Below, in pieces: positions 17,661 to 27,044 of a DNA stretch of 64,000 nucleotides (its first letter is position 1; every line of letters starts with the position of its first letter). The stretch is taken from contig CAZQIP010000155.1 in the NCBI GenBank assembly GCA_964593655.1, positions 1,761 through 65,760 of the forward strand, given 5' to 3'. Below the pieces are notes generated by a model, which did no database searches, was not told the DNA's origin, and saw only the letters and a list, made by a program, of their open reading frames with translations. The DNA is from an uncultured bacterium (lineage in GTDB: Bacteria > Poribacteria > WGA-4E > WGA-3G). The position numbers and the translations under genes are program-made.

Positions 17661-17922
17661 TTCTGCGAATTGTTTTAAAACATAACATATATGAAGTATT
17701 AACACTTGCGGAAAGGACAACACCAAACACCAAACACCTACAATTGAATGGCTCTGGGTGATTAGTTATCAGTTGTTGGTTTTCATCAACAGTTGGGGCA
17801 GTTAGCTATCGGAAACCGAGAGGTTCTGACCTACAAGAATTTCTGCTTGTCACACCCACAAAGGTGTGGTATATTTGTTTTAAATTCACAGAGAGAGCAT
17901 CTAAGCGTAAAGAGGTGAGTCC

Positions 17923-19413
17923 ATGCGCATTGCAGTCGGCTGTATCGGGCACGAAACCAACACATTTTCACCAGTCGTGACAACCCTTGATAACTTCAAA
18001 AACGGGAGTTACCACCGCGGGGACGAGATTATCACCGCATTCCGAGGGACCCGAACAATTACCGGCGGTTTCCTTGATGTCGCGGAACAACTCAATGTAC
18101 AACCCGTTCCACTGCTGTGGACATTTGCAACCCCATCTGGCACGGTAGAGCATACTGCTTATCAGACACTCAAGGCGGAATTCTTAGAATTTTTACAGAA
18201 TGCCGGGGAACTTGACGGGGTGCTCCTCGACTTACACGGTGCAATGGTCACAGATGAACTTGAGGATGCAGAAGGCGACTTAATTCAGGCAGTGCGTGAA
18301 ACAGTAGGGGCAACGTGGATCGTCACGACGCTTGATCTACACGCGAATATTACCGCCAAAATGGCACATGACTCCGACGTTATCATCGGGTTTGATACTT
18401 ATCCGCACGTAGATTGCTATGAACGTGGGTTTGAAGCCGGGCAACTGCTCTTTGGTATGCACGAAGGGAAAATCCAGCCGACGATGGCATACCGCCAACT
18501 CCCTTTACTGACCGCGCCCCCCGCACAATGTACAATGAAGTCTCCAATGATAGAGGCAGTCAAGACACTTCATGCGCTTGAAACCCAGCGAGGCGTTGTG
18601 ACAGCTACCCTCTCTATGGGCTTCCCGTTCGCTGATATAACGGATGCAGGCGTTTCAATACTTGTTACCACCAACGGCGATACGGCACTCGCGGAAGTTT
18701 ATGCTGATCAATTTGCGTCCGATATCTGGGAGATGCGTACACAGTTCACCTTTGACTTACACACCGTCGAATCCGCAATTGAAATCGCCAATCAGACGGA
18801 TGGTAAACCAATTGTACTCGCCGATGGCGCGGATAACCCCGGTGGTGGCGGTCCCTGTGACGGCACAACGATTCTACAGAAATTCATAGAAGCGGATGTT
18901 CAAGATGCGGTGATCGCGGTGATCGCGGATCCCGAATCGGTTGCTCAAGCAGTCGATGCAGGTGTCGGGAACCGCGTTCAATTGAATGTTGGTGGAAAAA
19001 CGGACACACAACACGGGGTACCCGTTGCGCTTACAGGATATGTCAAAGTGCTTTCTGATGGCAGATTTGTTCTCAAGGGGCCGATGGGACGTGGCACTAC
19101 CGGGAACATGGGTAGGACAGCCGTCATCCAAGTCGACGGCGTTGAGGTTATCTTAACAGAAAGGCGGATTCAACCTTACGATGCCGAGGTGCTTCGGAGT
19201 GTTGGGATTGAACCGCGAGCGCGCAAACTCATCGCCCTCAAATCTGCTGTGCATTTCCGAGCGGATTACACACCCATCGCACATCAGATTTTGGAGGTAG
19301 ATACCCCCGGTGTTCATAGCCCAAATCTCTTCAACTACGATTACCAGAAGTTAAGGTGTCCGGTCTATCCACTGGATTCAACCGTTTCTTATCGTAAGTT
19401 CGATTCAATTTAA
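17923..19413 (+). CDS. M81-family metallopeptidase (MlrC/microcystinase C-like)
   Basis: 496 aa with SD agaggtga. The N-terminus MRIAVGCIGHETNTFSP and the two-domain length fit the MlrC family. Confidence 0.8.
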   Translation: MRIAVGCIGHETNTFSPVVTTLDNFKNGSYHRGDEIITAFRGTRTITGGFLDVAEQLNVQPVPLLWTFATPSGTVEHTAYQTLKAEFLEFLQNAGELDGVLLDLHGAMVTDELEDAEGDLIQAVRETVGATWIVTTLDLHANITAKMAHDSDVIIGFDTYPHVDCYERGFEAGQLLFGMHEGKIQPTMAYRQLPLLTAPPAQCTMKSPMIEAVKTLHALETQRGVVTATLSMGFPFADITDAGVSILVTTNGDTALAEVYADQFASDIWEMRTQFTFDLHTVESAIEIANQTDGKPIVLADGADNPGGGGPCDGTTILQKFIEADVQDAVIAVIADPESVAQAVDAGVGNRVQLNVGGKTDTQHGVPVALTGYVKVLSDGRFVLKGPMGRGTTGNMGRTAVIQVDGVEVILTERRIQPYDAEVLRSVGIEPRARKLIALKSAVHFRADYTPIAHQILEVDTPGVHSPNLFNYDYQKLRCPVYPLDSTVSYRKFDSI

Positions 19414-19425
19414 AAGGATAGAAAT

Positions 19426-20796
19426 GTGGTAGAAAAACGCGTCACTGGAAACTACGAAATGAATCTGGTGTTGACCGGAGAATCGGGAACTAAGGAGAGT
19501 AGAGTCTTTTTCTCTGGAGACACGGTATTAGGGAAGAGGGCGTACCTTGCTATCTCTGTGGATGGGCTTAAGGTTGTTCGAGAAACCCGTACGGACACGC
19601 GAATCTGGAAGACATATAATAACCTTGGAACGCCACCGTGGAACGTCAGGATTCTGAAGAAGGGAAATTTTTTCAGGTTCTGGGTCAACCGGACGACTGG
19701 ATGGATTCGGGGGCCGTTGGGTGAATGGGAACACGTTTACGAACCGATGGATAACAGTCTCGGCGTTGAAACACCGGCAGGTATCAGTCTTCAATCATGG
19801 ACGGTGACAATTCTTCCGTGGCTCCAAGAGATTACCAAGCCGATCATATCCCGTGGTCCAAAAGGTTCCTTTTATGAAAAACAGGTTATCCCCGGTGCGA
19901 TTATTGAATACGAAGGCTTGTATTACATGTATGTTATGGCAGGAATGGTCGGTGATGAGGAAGGATCTTCAAGAAGAACGATCGGCGTGGCCATGAGTCC
20001 AGACCTAAAGCAGTGGAAGGGGCATCTTGAACCCCTTATCTCCTATCTTGATACACCGTATGACAATCTGTATGTCAGCGGTGCTGTCGTCACAGATGAA
20101 GGACGCGTTGCGATTATGTTCTCTGCCCAGAAGTTTCCAGAGTGGCAAGGGTTCATGTTAGCCGTGGCGGACCATCCGATGGGTCCATTTTTTCAATATA
20201 CGGACAACCCGGTCTACAAACATTCGACGCATGCGCACGAGTTTGATCTTATTCGCGCTGACGGACTATCGCACCGTTATCTCCTTTTCTACGCTGGATT
20301 TACGCCGGAGCCTCAGCAGGGGCCCGCAGGAGATCGAGGATATTTGCTCTATAGCGACGATCTGATAAACTGGCATCCCGATGAACGGAATCCTGTCTTC
20401 GCGCCTGAAACGCTGGACAACTGGGACGCTGTTCATGTTCGACCGAGATCCTTGAATCGGATCGGTGAGATGTGGTATTTGTGGTATGAAGGTTGTAATA
20501 CTTGGAAGCCTGAAGGTAACCTGTCTCATCACGGTTGGTGGGATACAGTGGGACTTGCCCGCTCGAAAGATCTCGTTAATTGGGAATACTATCCGAGAAA
20601 CCCGGCTTTACCCGGTCTCGGCATCAATGCAGACCAATTTGATAGCAATTGGGTCGGTTGGCCCCGCATGTACATTAAAGATGGTGTTGGCTACGTCTTT
20701 TATACGGGAAACGCCCAAGTCGGTTTGCGGACGATTCCGATAGATCGTCTCACTAACTGGGCGACAGAGGGCGGAGAGACAATTGATTTAAGGTGA
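19426..20796 (+). CDS. five-bladed beta-propeller glycosidase-like protein (GH43/GH130-like) with ~130-aa N-terminal extension
   Basis: 456 aa with a GTG start 12 nt after the previous stop. Repeated blade motifs are seen: YYMYVMAG, RRTIGVAMSPDLKQW, RYLLFYAG, YLLYSDDLINW, WYLWYEG, GLARSKDLVNW, YVFYTG. The exact GH family is not assignable by eye. Confidence 0.6.
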   Translation: MVEKRVTGNYEMNLVLTGESGTKESRVFFSGDTVLGKRAYLAISVDGLKVVRETRTDTRIWKTYNNLGTPPWNVRILKKGNFFRFWVNRTTGWIRGPLGEWEHVYEPMDNSLGVETPAGISLQSWTVTILPWLQEITKPIISRGPKGSFYEKQVIPGAIIEYEGLYYMYVMAGMVGDEEGSSRRTIGVAMSPDLKQWKGHLEPLISYLDTPYDNLYVSGAVVTDEGRVAIMFSAQKFPEWQGFMLAVADHPMGPFFQYTDNPVYKHSTHAHEFDLIRADGLSHRYLLFYAGFTPEPQQGPAGDRGYLLYSDDLINWHPDERNPVFAPETLDNWDAVHVRPRSLNRIGEMWYLWYEGCNTWKPEGNLSHHGWWDTVGLARSKDLVNWEYYPRNPALPGLGINADQFDSNWVGWPRMYIKDGVGYVFYTGNAQVGLRTIPIDRLTNWATEGGETIDLR

Positions 20797-20890
20797 AATC
20801 ATACATCGCCGAAACTTCTTAATTAACCGAAATGCTGCGTTAACCGAGTTGTTTCTTATAGTCTTTTTCTCGGTGATGATTGTTAACTTT

Positions 20891-23302
20891 TCATGGACTG
20901 TCCTCGTACGCGGGTTCTTTCGCTGGACGGACGCTCCATTTTTCAAAGGCTGCCTTGAAGGACTTCGCCTTCTCTCCAAAATACAGATATTCGATGCTGC
21001 TCACGGGTACGGATACTTCTCCGTAGACGGATGAACGTCCTATCATTCTATTATCTTTAACTTCAAGCGGTTCAAAAATCAGCATTGAACCGTCGGTCAA
21101 TGTGACGCGAACCTCAGTTTGAGTGGCTGACGACTGACGGAAACCATCACCACTGACATCAACGACCCGTGCCACACGGTCTATCGGGACGGAAAACTCC
21201 CGAAATTTTGAATCAAATTGAACTGTTTGCCCCTGAAAGTCTAAGAATTTTCCACGTTTCATATCGCCTGTCTTCGCGACCAATATATGATTTGGTGGGT
21301 TATCTCGGTTGAAGCGCGGGACGGTTAAGGCGCGTTCCAATTTCAGATCCGACTTATCCTTTTCGGGGTCGGGCGATGTGGCAATGAGTCCAATCCATGC
21401 ATCGTCTTCCATCCATTCTCGTCCGGGATTCACTTCTTTTACGATCCGTACCAGGTGTCCTTCGTCCAATTTCTTCGCGTCGTTGGCGTTTATTCTAAAT
21501 ACTTGTCGTTTTCCATCTTTATCCTGCCCAACCAGCTCCATTTTAACCGCCCCATTTTCCTTATACTTAACCCTTAAGGAATCAAAGTCGGTTTCAGGTC
21601 GCGTTCTATCAATGCCCGGAGCGTGTGTCCTATCGGAGAACTCAAGTGCTTTCATATTTGCCGAATCCAAGTGCTGAGCACTGATAAACGGCGATTGAAA
21701 ACTGATGGTCTTTCCATCATAATCTGTGATCTGACACGGAAAGGTCTCTCCGGTTTGCAGATGTAAGGCGTGAGGGAACTCGGTAGTGTCAAAGTGTCGG
21801 GACACTTTCGATGTAGGTTGTAAAAACCGTCTGATGTGAGCTGCCCGGTTGTTCGCTAACCGCACGGGTTTCAATGCCCCCAGAGACTCCCATTGTATGG
21901 ACAATATGCCTCGGTTTTCAGTAAATAAAACGCGCCCGCGTAGGTTTCCTATGGCATGAAACAACATGTCCGTATTTTGAACCGTTCCGTTGGTTTTGGG
22001 GTTTGTATCAAAATGAAGTCGTGACGCACCCGCGAGCGAACAAGTTATTGGATCGTCAGCGAAAGCCGACTGGAGTATCACACGCTCTGAGTTGACTTGT
22101 ATAATCTTGCCGTGCAAAACAACCTTATCGGGATATTTTATGTAAGAGCTGGGTAACCCAGCTCTTACGTCCAACGCTGTTGATGGCATCCCCGGTTGAA
22201 CGACGCGGCTGATCTGCTGTGGATCAATATCGTACCGCGTTCCATCTGTATCAAGCATGTAGGTGCTGTCTTTCTGAGCAAATAATTCGCCTTGAACTAT
22301 TTGTCCATTCATCATATAGACGCGTGGTTTGGAAAAATCTACTTGTTGCGCTGTTGGCTCGGCAGTCGGTTGACGATATACCTTTAACGCTTGCACTGTC
22401 AGATCTTTGCCCCGATTCTTAATATAGAGCCCTGATTCTTTGACCGTCGGCTTGACTCCTTCCAATCTTAGCAGCAAATTGCCAGTGAAATCAAACACCC
22501 TTAGCACACCGGCACTTTCGTCATAAGTAAGTCGCAAATGGAGGTTGTGTTGTTCTGGCTGAATTGTTAACACAGGTTGAAACAGTGTGCCTTGAACAGC
22601 CACGAGTTTATTGCTCCAGACTTCCAACCGTAGAGCCTGATATAGGTCCTTGCCGAATGCGAAAACGAAACTCGGAGGAGGTCCGGTAAATGCCAATTCT
22701 AAGTCAATCTCAAAGTACTTGGGCCACTTGAACGCGTGGAAAAGTTTTGCTGTGTTTCGAGTTGTCTGTGGGTGGCCTTCGTTATCTCGATGCCAGTCAG
22801 AGACCGGTTCATGGAAAGCCAAAGGTATAAGATCATCTACATCTTTCTTCGTCTTGGGTGATTTCCAATTCGCCAGCTGGGAGCCGTCAAAAAGAAGGTT
22901 AGAATGGTTTCGATGTTCAAGGCTACGAACTGCCGCACGCTTTACTCGAAATTGACCGTGCCGTTTGCTGGAAAAGAGGAAGGTGTTGTTGTCTGAGCCG
23001 ATAAGGTCTGCTATCCAGACATCGTCCGATAGCGTGCTAACGCGAAAAGCCTCCGTTGCGGAGTTAGACGTTTTCGGGAAAACCACTGAGCTCAATACAT
23101 TGATATCAACCACCAGATCATCCAAAAAGTATGGTGATGTCCAACGGATTGTTCCTGCGCTGCTTTCCTGTAGCTGACCGGGTAGGTTGCCGCCATTTTT
23201 CCAGCGTAACAAGGCATCCGCTTCCTCAGCCTGTGCGGTTGGCAACCCTAATACCATTACTACTAAGACCGTGATCAGTATCTTTTTTAGGTTTCGCCGC
23301 AT
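20891..23302 (-). CDS. large secreted protein, paralogue B (unknown function)
   Basis: The start is taken at ATG 23302 (MRRNLKKILITVLVVMVLGLPTAQAEE), 20 nt after the upstream stop. The longer track ORF would overlap the upstream gene. The protein is colinear with 23322-25823 along its whole length. Confidence 0.8.
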   Translation of the reverse strand: MRRNLKKILITVLVVMVLGLPTAQAEEADALLRWKNGGNLPGQLQESSAGTIRWTSPYFLDDLVVDINVLSSVVFPKTSNSATEAFRVSTLSDDVWIADLIGSDNNTFLFSSKRHGQFRVKRAAVRSLEHRNHSNLLFDGSQLANWKSPKTKKDVDDLIPLAFHEPVSDWHRDNEGHPQTTRNTAKLFHAFKWPKYFEIDLELAFTGPPPSFVFAFGKDLYQALRLEVWSNKLVAVQGTLFQPVLTIQPEQHNLHLRLTYDESAGVLRVFDFTGNLLLRLEGVKPTVKESGLYIKNRGKDLTVQALKVYRQPTAEPTAQQVDFSKPRVYMMNGQIVQGELFAQKDSTYMLDTDGTRYDIDPQQISRVVQPGMPSTALDVRAGLPSSYIKYPDKVVLHGKIIQVNSERVILQSAFADDPITCSLAGASRLHFDTNPKTNGTVQNTDMLFHAIGNLRGRVLFTENRGILSIQWESLGALKPVRLANNRAAHIRRFLQPTSKVSRHFDTTEFPHALHLQTGETFPCQITDYDGKTISFQSPFISAQHLDSANMKALEFSDRTHAPGIDRTRPETDFDSLRVKYKENGAVKMELVGQDKDGKRQVFRINANDAKKLDEGHLVRIVKEVNPGREWMEDDAWIGLIATSPDPEKDKSDLKLERALTVPRFNRDNPPNHILVAKTGDMKRGKFLDFQGQTVQFDSKFREFSVPIDRVARVVDVSGDGFRQSSATQTEVRVTLTDGSMLIFEPLEVKDNRMIGRSSVYGEVSVPVSSIEYLYFGEKAKSFKAAFEKWSVRPAKEPAYEDSP

Positions 23303-23321
23303 TGTACTTCTCCTAAGGGTG

Positions 23322-25823
23322 TCACCGGTCTTTGATTCTTGGGGTCTGGCTTGGCGAAGACTTGTCGTCGTACTCCGGTTCTTTCGCTGGACGGACGACC
23401 CATTCTTCATAGACGGACTTGAATGATTTTGCCTTTTCACCAAAATGGAGATATTGGATGCTATCTACAGGCACTGATACTTTGTCATAGATTGACGAGC
23501 GTCCCAATAGTTTGCCCTCTTTGACTTCAAGCGGTTCAAAAATTAAAATTGGGTTGTCAGTCAAGGTAACGCGAATCTCAGGCTGAATGGCTGTCGGTTG
23601 TCGGCCGTCGGAAACCGTCAGAGGAAGAGGGTTTTGTCCATTCTGATTGCTGACTGCTGATTGCTGACTGCTGTCAGTGCCGACATCAACGACCCGTGCC
23701 ACACGGTCTATTGGAAGGGAGAACTTCCGCAACTTTGAATCGAATTGAATTGTCTGTCCGTTGATGCCTAAGAGTTTCCCTCGCTTCAAATCACCGTTAC
23801 TTGCGACAAGAATGTGGTTCGGTGGATCGTCACGGTTAAAACGCGGAACGGTTAACGCCCGTTCCAATTTCGCATCAAGTTTCCGACTTCTCGTTTCAAG
23901 CGGATCAAAGATGAGTTCAACGCCACGCTTAAGAGCAGCGGCATCGTTTACAGCAAAGTCCCCTTCGACCTTAACCCACTTCGGCTGCTCCTCTTTTTTA
24001 TCCGAAAGTATGATGATTTCGACGTTGCCATCTTTAGCTCTACGCGTTACGGCATTCAAAATTCGACCATCTTCCAATATAACGCGATGTTTACCTTTCC
24101 CACCTGTGATCGTAATAGGGTTTCGGTTTTCTGTTCTTGTCCGTGTTTTTCTGCCAGAGAATTCAATGCCTTTCACATGTACCGAATCTATGTGCTGTAC
24201 ACCGATAAACGGCGATTGAAAACCGATGCTCGTTTCATCGTAGGACAAGACTTGACAGGGAATGACTTCTCCGTTCTTTAGGTGCAACAGATGCGGAAAC
24301 TGCGCCGTATCAAAAGGTTTCTGCTTTGATACGCGTTGCAAAGCTCTCTCTACACGCGTGCCTCGGATGTTCGCCAGCCGTACGGCTCCAGATACCCCTA
24401 CAGGCTGCCATCGAAGACTGGCAACATCTTTACTACCAAAGAAAATATGACCTCGGAGGCTCCCCGACTCATAAAACAGTTTGTCGTAGTCTTCAACGGG
24501 TGTTTGTGTTTTGGTTGTTGACTCGAACTTAAGCAGTGAAGCCCCAGTAAGTGAGGATGTTATTGGCTCGCCCGTGAATGCGGTTTGTAGTTGAATGCTA
24601 TCGGAATTCAATTGTGTAATCTGCCCACGCAGAACAGTTCCGTCAATATAGGTCAAGGTCGTAGGTTGAGCGGTTGTTTTCAACGTGATACCGGGCTGAA
24701 CGACGCGATCAATCTGCTGCAAATCAATATCGCGTTGCGTTCCATCTGTATCAAGAACGTAACTTCGGTTGTTTTCAACGAATAGTTTACCGGGAACGAT
24801 CTCTCCACTCATCATGTAGACGCGGGTTTGGGAAGCATCGATTTGCCGGTTTGTAATCTCGGTCGGTTGCCGATAAACTCTTAACCTCCGGACAGTTAGA
24901 TCCTGTCCGCGGTTATAAATGTAGATCCCAGATGCCTCGACAGTCGGTTTGACACCATCTAATTTCAACAGCACATTGCCATTCAAATCAATCACCTTCA
25001 GGACACCAGTGTTTTCGCCATCCATATTTTCATGATAGGTGATCCGCAAGCGGAAGCTCCGGCGATCGGGCTGAATCGTCAACACAGGCTCAAACAGTGT
25101 GCCTTGGACGACGACGAGTTCGTTGACCCAGGTTTCCAACCGGACTGTCTCGTAGAGGTTTTTGCCGAGTGCGAAAACAAAGCTGGGGGGCCGCGCGTTA
25201 GATGCCAACTCCAAATCAATCTCAAAACGTTTGGGCCAGTCGAAAGCGTGGAAGATGTTTGCCTTGGCGATCTTGGTCCGTGGACGGCCGCCGCGATCCG
25301 AATGCCAACTCGGTTGAACCTCTTGTTCTTCTGAGAACAGAACGACTCCGTTGTCTCCGTTGCCATTATCTTGTTCAGAGAGTTTCCACGCTGATAGTTG
25401 GGAACCGTCAAAAAGAAGATTGGAATGTTCTCGGCTCTCAAGTGTATAAATCAGCTCCCGATTCACTCGAAACTCGCCGTGCCGCGTGCTGGAAAAGAGG
25501 AGCGTGTTGTCATCTGAGCCGATGAGGTCAGCCATCCAGATATCGCCTGATACCGTGCCGACGCGAAAAGCTTCTGTTACAGGCACCGCTTGTTTCGGAA
25601 AAACGATTGAATCCAATACATTGATATCGACAATCAGATCATCGGAAAAGTGTGGTGATGACCAGTGGATTTTTCCGGATTTACTTTCTAATAGTTGACC
25701 TGGAAGCGTATCACCGTTTTTCCAATGCAATACGGTTTCTGTTTCTTCGGCGTGTGTCAAAGGAAGCCACAATATCGTCAGGGCTACGATTGCGACAAGT
25801 ATCTTTTTTTGATTCCACTGCAT
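23322..25823 (-). CDS. large secreted protein, paralogue A (unknown function)
   Basis: 833 aa with signal peptide ending LPLTHAEE. Colinear blocks are shared with paralogue B: LHWKNGDTLPGQLLES, AFRVGTVSGDIWMADLIGSD, PPSFVFALGK, ERALTVPRFNRDDPPNHILVA, FGEKAKSFK. Confidence 0.8.
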   Translation of the reverse strand: MQWNQKKILVAIVALTILWLPLTHAEETETVLHWKNGDTLPGQLLESKSGKIHWSSPHFSDDLIVDINVLDSIVFPKQAVPVTEAFRVGTVSGDIWMADLIGSDDNTLLFSSTRHGEFRVNRELIYTLESREHSNLLFDGSQLSAWKLSEQDNGNGDNGVVLFSEEQEVQPSWHSDRGGRPRTKIAKANIFHAFDWPKRFEIDLELASNARPPSFVFALGKNLYETVRLETWVNELVVVQGTLFEPVLTIQPDRRSFRLRITYHENMDGENTGVLKVIDLNGNVLLKLDGVKPTVEASGIYIYNRGQDLTVRRLRVYRQPTEITNRQIDASQTRVYMMSGEIVPGKLFVENNRSYVLDTDGTQRDIDLQQIDRVVQPGITLKTTAQPTTLTYIDGTVLRGQITQLNSDSIQLQTAFTGEPITSSLTGASLLKFESTTKTQTPVEDYDKLFYESGSLRGHIFFGSKDVASLRWQPVGVSGAVRLANIRGTRVERALQRVSKQKPFDTAQFPHLLHLKNGEVIPCQVLSYDETSIGFQSPFIGVQHIDSVHVKGIEFSGRKTRTRTENRNPITITGGKGKHRVILEDGRILNAVTRRAKDGNVEIIILSDKKEEQPKWVKVEGDFAVNDAAALKRGVELIFDPLETRSRKLDAKLERALTVPRFNRDDPPNHILVASNGDLKRGKLLGINGQTIQFDSKLRKFSLPIDRVARVVDVGTDSSQQSAVSNQNGQNPLPLTVSDGRQPTAIQPEIRVTLTDNPILIFEPLEVKEGKLLGRSSIYDKVSVPVDSIQYLHFGEKAKSFKSVYEEWVVRPAKEPEYDDKSSPSQTPRIKDR

Positions 25824-25972
25824 TGCTTTTCTCCATTTTAGTTATCAGTTGTCGTTGTCTGCGGTTTGCTCTCTTGAAAAAGTATCTTGTAGATGACATT
25901 CAACTGGCAACTGAAAGCGGTTGCGTAGCAACCGTGTACTGATAACTGACGGCTAATTGCTGATAGCCATTT
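25824..25972 (-). repeat. leader/intercistronic GT-word/AC-word repeat element (GTTATCAGT family)
   Basis: A 10-nt perfect inverted repeat, agttatcagt (25840-25849) and actgataact (25938-25947), brackets 88 nt. An internal hairpin cggttgc-gta-gcaaccg is present. The distal arm follows the stop of the upstream gene and the proximal arm abuts the SD (ggaga). Confidence 0.5.
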
Positions 25973-27037
25973 TCATCTCTCGTAGATTGGTAATAGGCGG
26001 TAATTTAATGCCAAAGTGAGAACAGCCATTCCGGTTGCGTAGGCACTGCCGTAGCTGCTCGTGAAGCTGCCGTCTTCCTGCTGCATCCCTTGGAGCCGCT
26101 CAATGATCCGTTGATTCCAAGCTTGCCATGCCTTAAGATCGCTTTGGAAGAGTGCCTGTGCCATGTAGTAGAGATTGTAGAAGGCGTACCCGCTGCGTGT
26201 ATTTTGATCCATTCTGCGTTTAATGAACTCGGAGGTGGATTTGTATTCTGGGGTGTCCTTCCTTTTTCCGATGGCGTAAACGAGTGTTGCGATCGCTGTT
26301 CGAGTGACACCGTCGCCGTGGCTGCTCATCGGTTGGTAAGAGACACCGCCGCCTCGCATCGTGCAGGTTTGAAAGAAGGTTAATGCCTTATCAACGGCTT
26401 CGTTAGGGACCTCAATACCGGCGTTTCGCGCGCCGAGTATGCCCATCAACACGGTGCCAGCCACGGTTGTGTCGGCATCTTGGGATCCTGGCGAGTACCG
26501 CCAAGCCCCCCAAGGATTTTTCTCTTGTGCAGTTAATGCGCACCGCACTGCGAGTTCCAGAGCCTCACCGATGGTGCGTCGCCGATTGGCGGGTGTGTCA
26601 CTTCCTTTCCAGAGGAGTTCTTCATTTACGGCACCATACGCCTCAGATAGTGCTAACATCGCAAAACCGTGGTGGTACATTGATCCGTGACCGTAACCTG
26701 TCATGTACCCCGTTTTGGGGTTCTGATTTATGATCATATTGCGCAAGGCTTTACGGATATGCGTGGCATAAGGCCCGTAATCCGGATCCTCGCCACTCGC
26801 CATAAATGCCATAACACAAATCCCAGTGATTCCTGCACCATTCTGTCCGCTTGGCCAGCTGCCATCTTCAAGTTGCGTGTTAGCGAGATACCGCAAACTC
26901 CGGTCGTTGATGCTTCTAACCGCTGGGGGTACACCTGTGCCGTAACGGATCGTGGGGTCCTGTGCATAAGTTTCCAATATGCCGAACAACATCAGAAAAC
27001 TGGAAAACCCGATAAGAAGTGTGTGTGTTTTATTCAT
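25973..27037 (-). CDS. secreted prenyltransferase/squalene-oxidase-repeat (alpha/alpha-toroid) protein
   Basis: 354 aa with signal peptide ending ETYAQD. Repeats of the QxxDGSW type are present (QLEDGSWP, QQEDGSF), along with Trp/Gly-rich helical hairpins (NPWGAWRY). Confidence 0.7.
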   Translation of the reverse strand: MNKTHTLLIGFSSFLMLFGILETYAQDPTIRYGTGVPPAVRSINDRSLRYLANTQLEDGSWPSGQNGAGITGICVMAFMASGEDPDYGPYATHIRKALRNMIINQNPKTGYMTGYGHGSMYHHGFAMLALSEAYGAVNEELLWKGSDTPANRRRTIGEALELAVRCALTAQEKNPWGAWRYSPGSQDADTTVAGTVLMGILGARNAGIEVPNEAVDKALTFFQTCTMRGGGVSYQPMSSHGDGVTRTAIATLVYAIGKRKDTPEYKSTSEFIKRRMDQNTRSGYAFYNLYYMAQALFQSDLKAWQAWNQRIIERLQGMQQEDGSFTSSYGSAYATGMAVLTLALNYRLLPIYER

Positions 27038-27044
27038 CTGTTAA

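Noticed and set aside
20788-20979. 63-aa ORF (MERRRSPSRQPLKNGASVQRKN...) resembling the N-terminal extension of the 20891-23443 track ORF (..SMKNGSSVQRKN..).
   Set aside because: The resemblance arises because the 3' ends of the two tandem paralogue genes are similar at the DNA level and are being read in an alternative frame. The real start of the downstream paralogue is the signal-peptide ATG at 23302.
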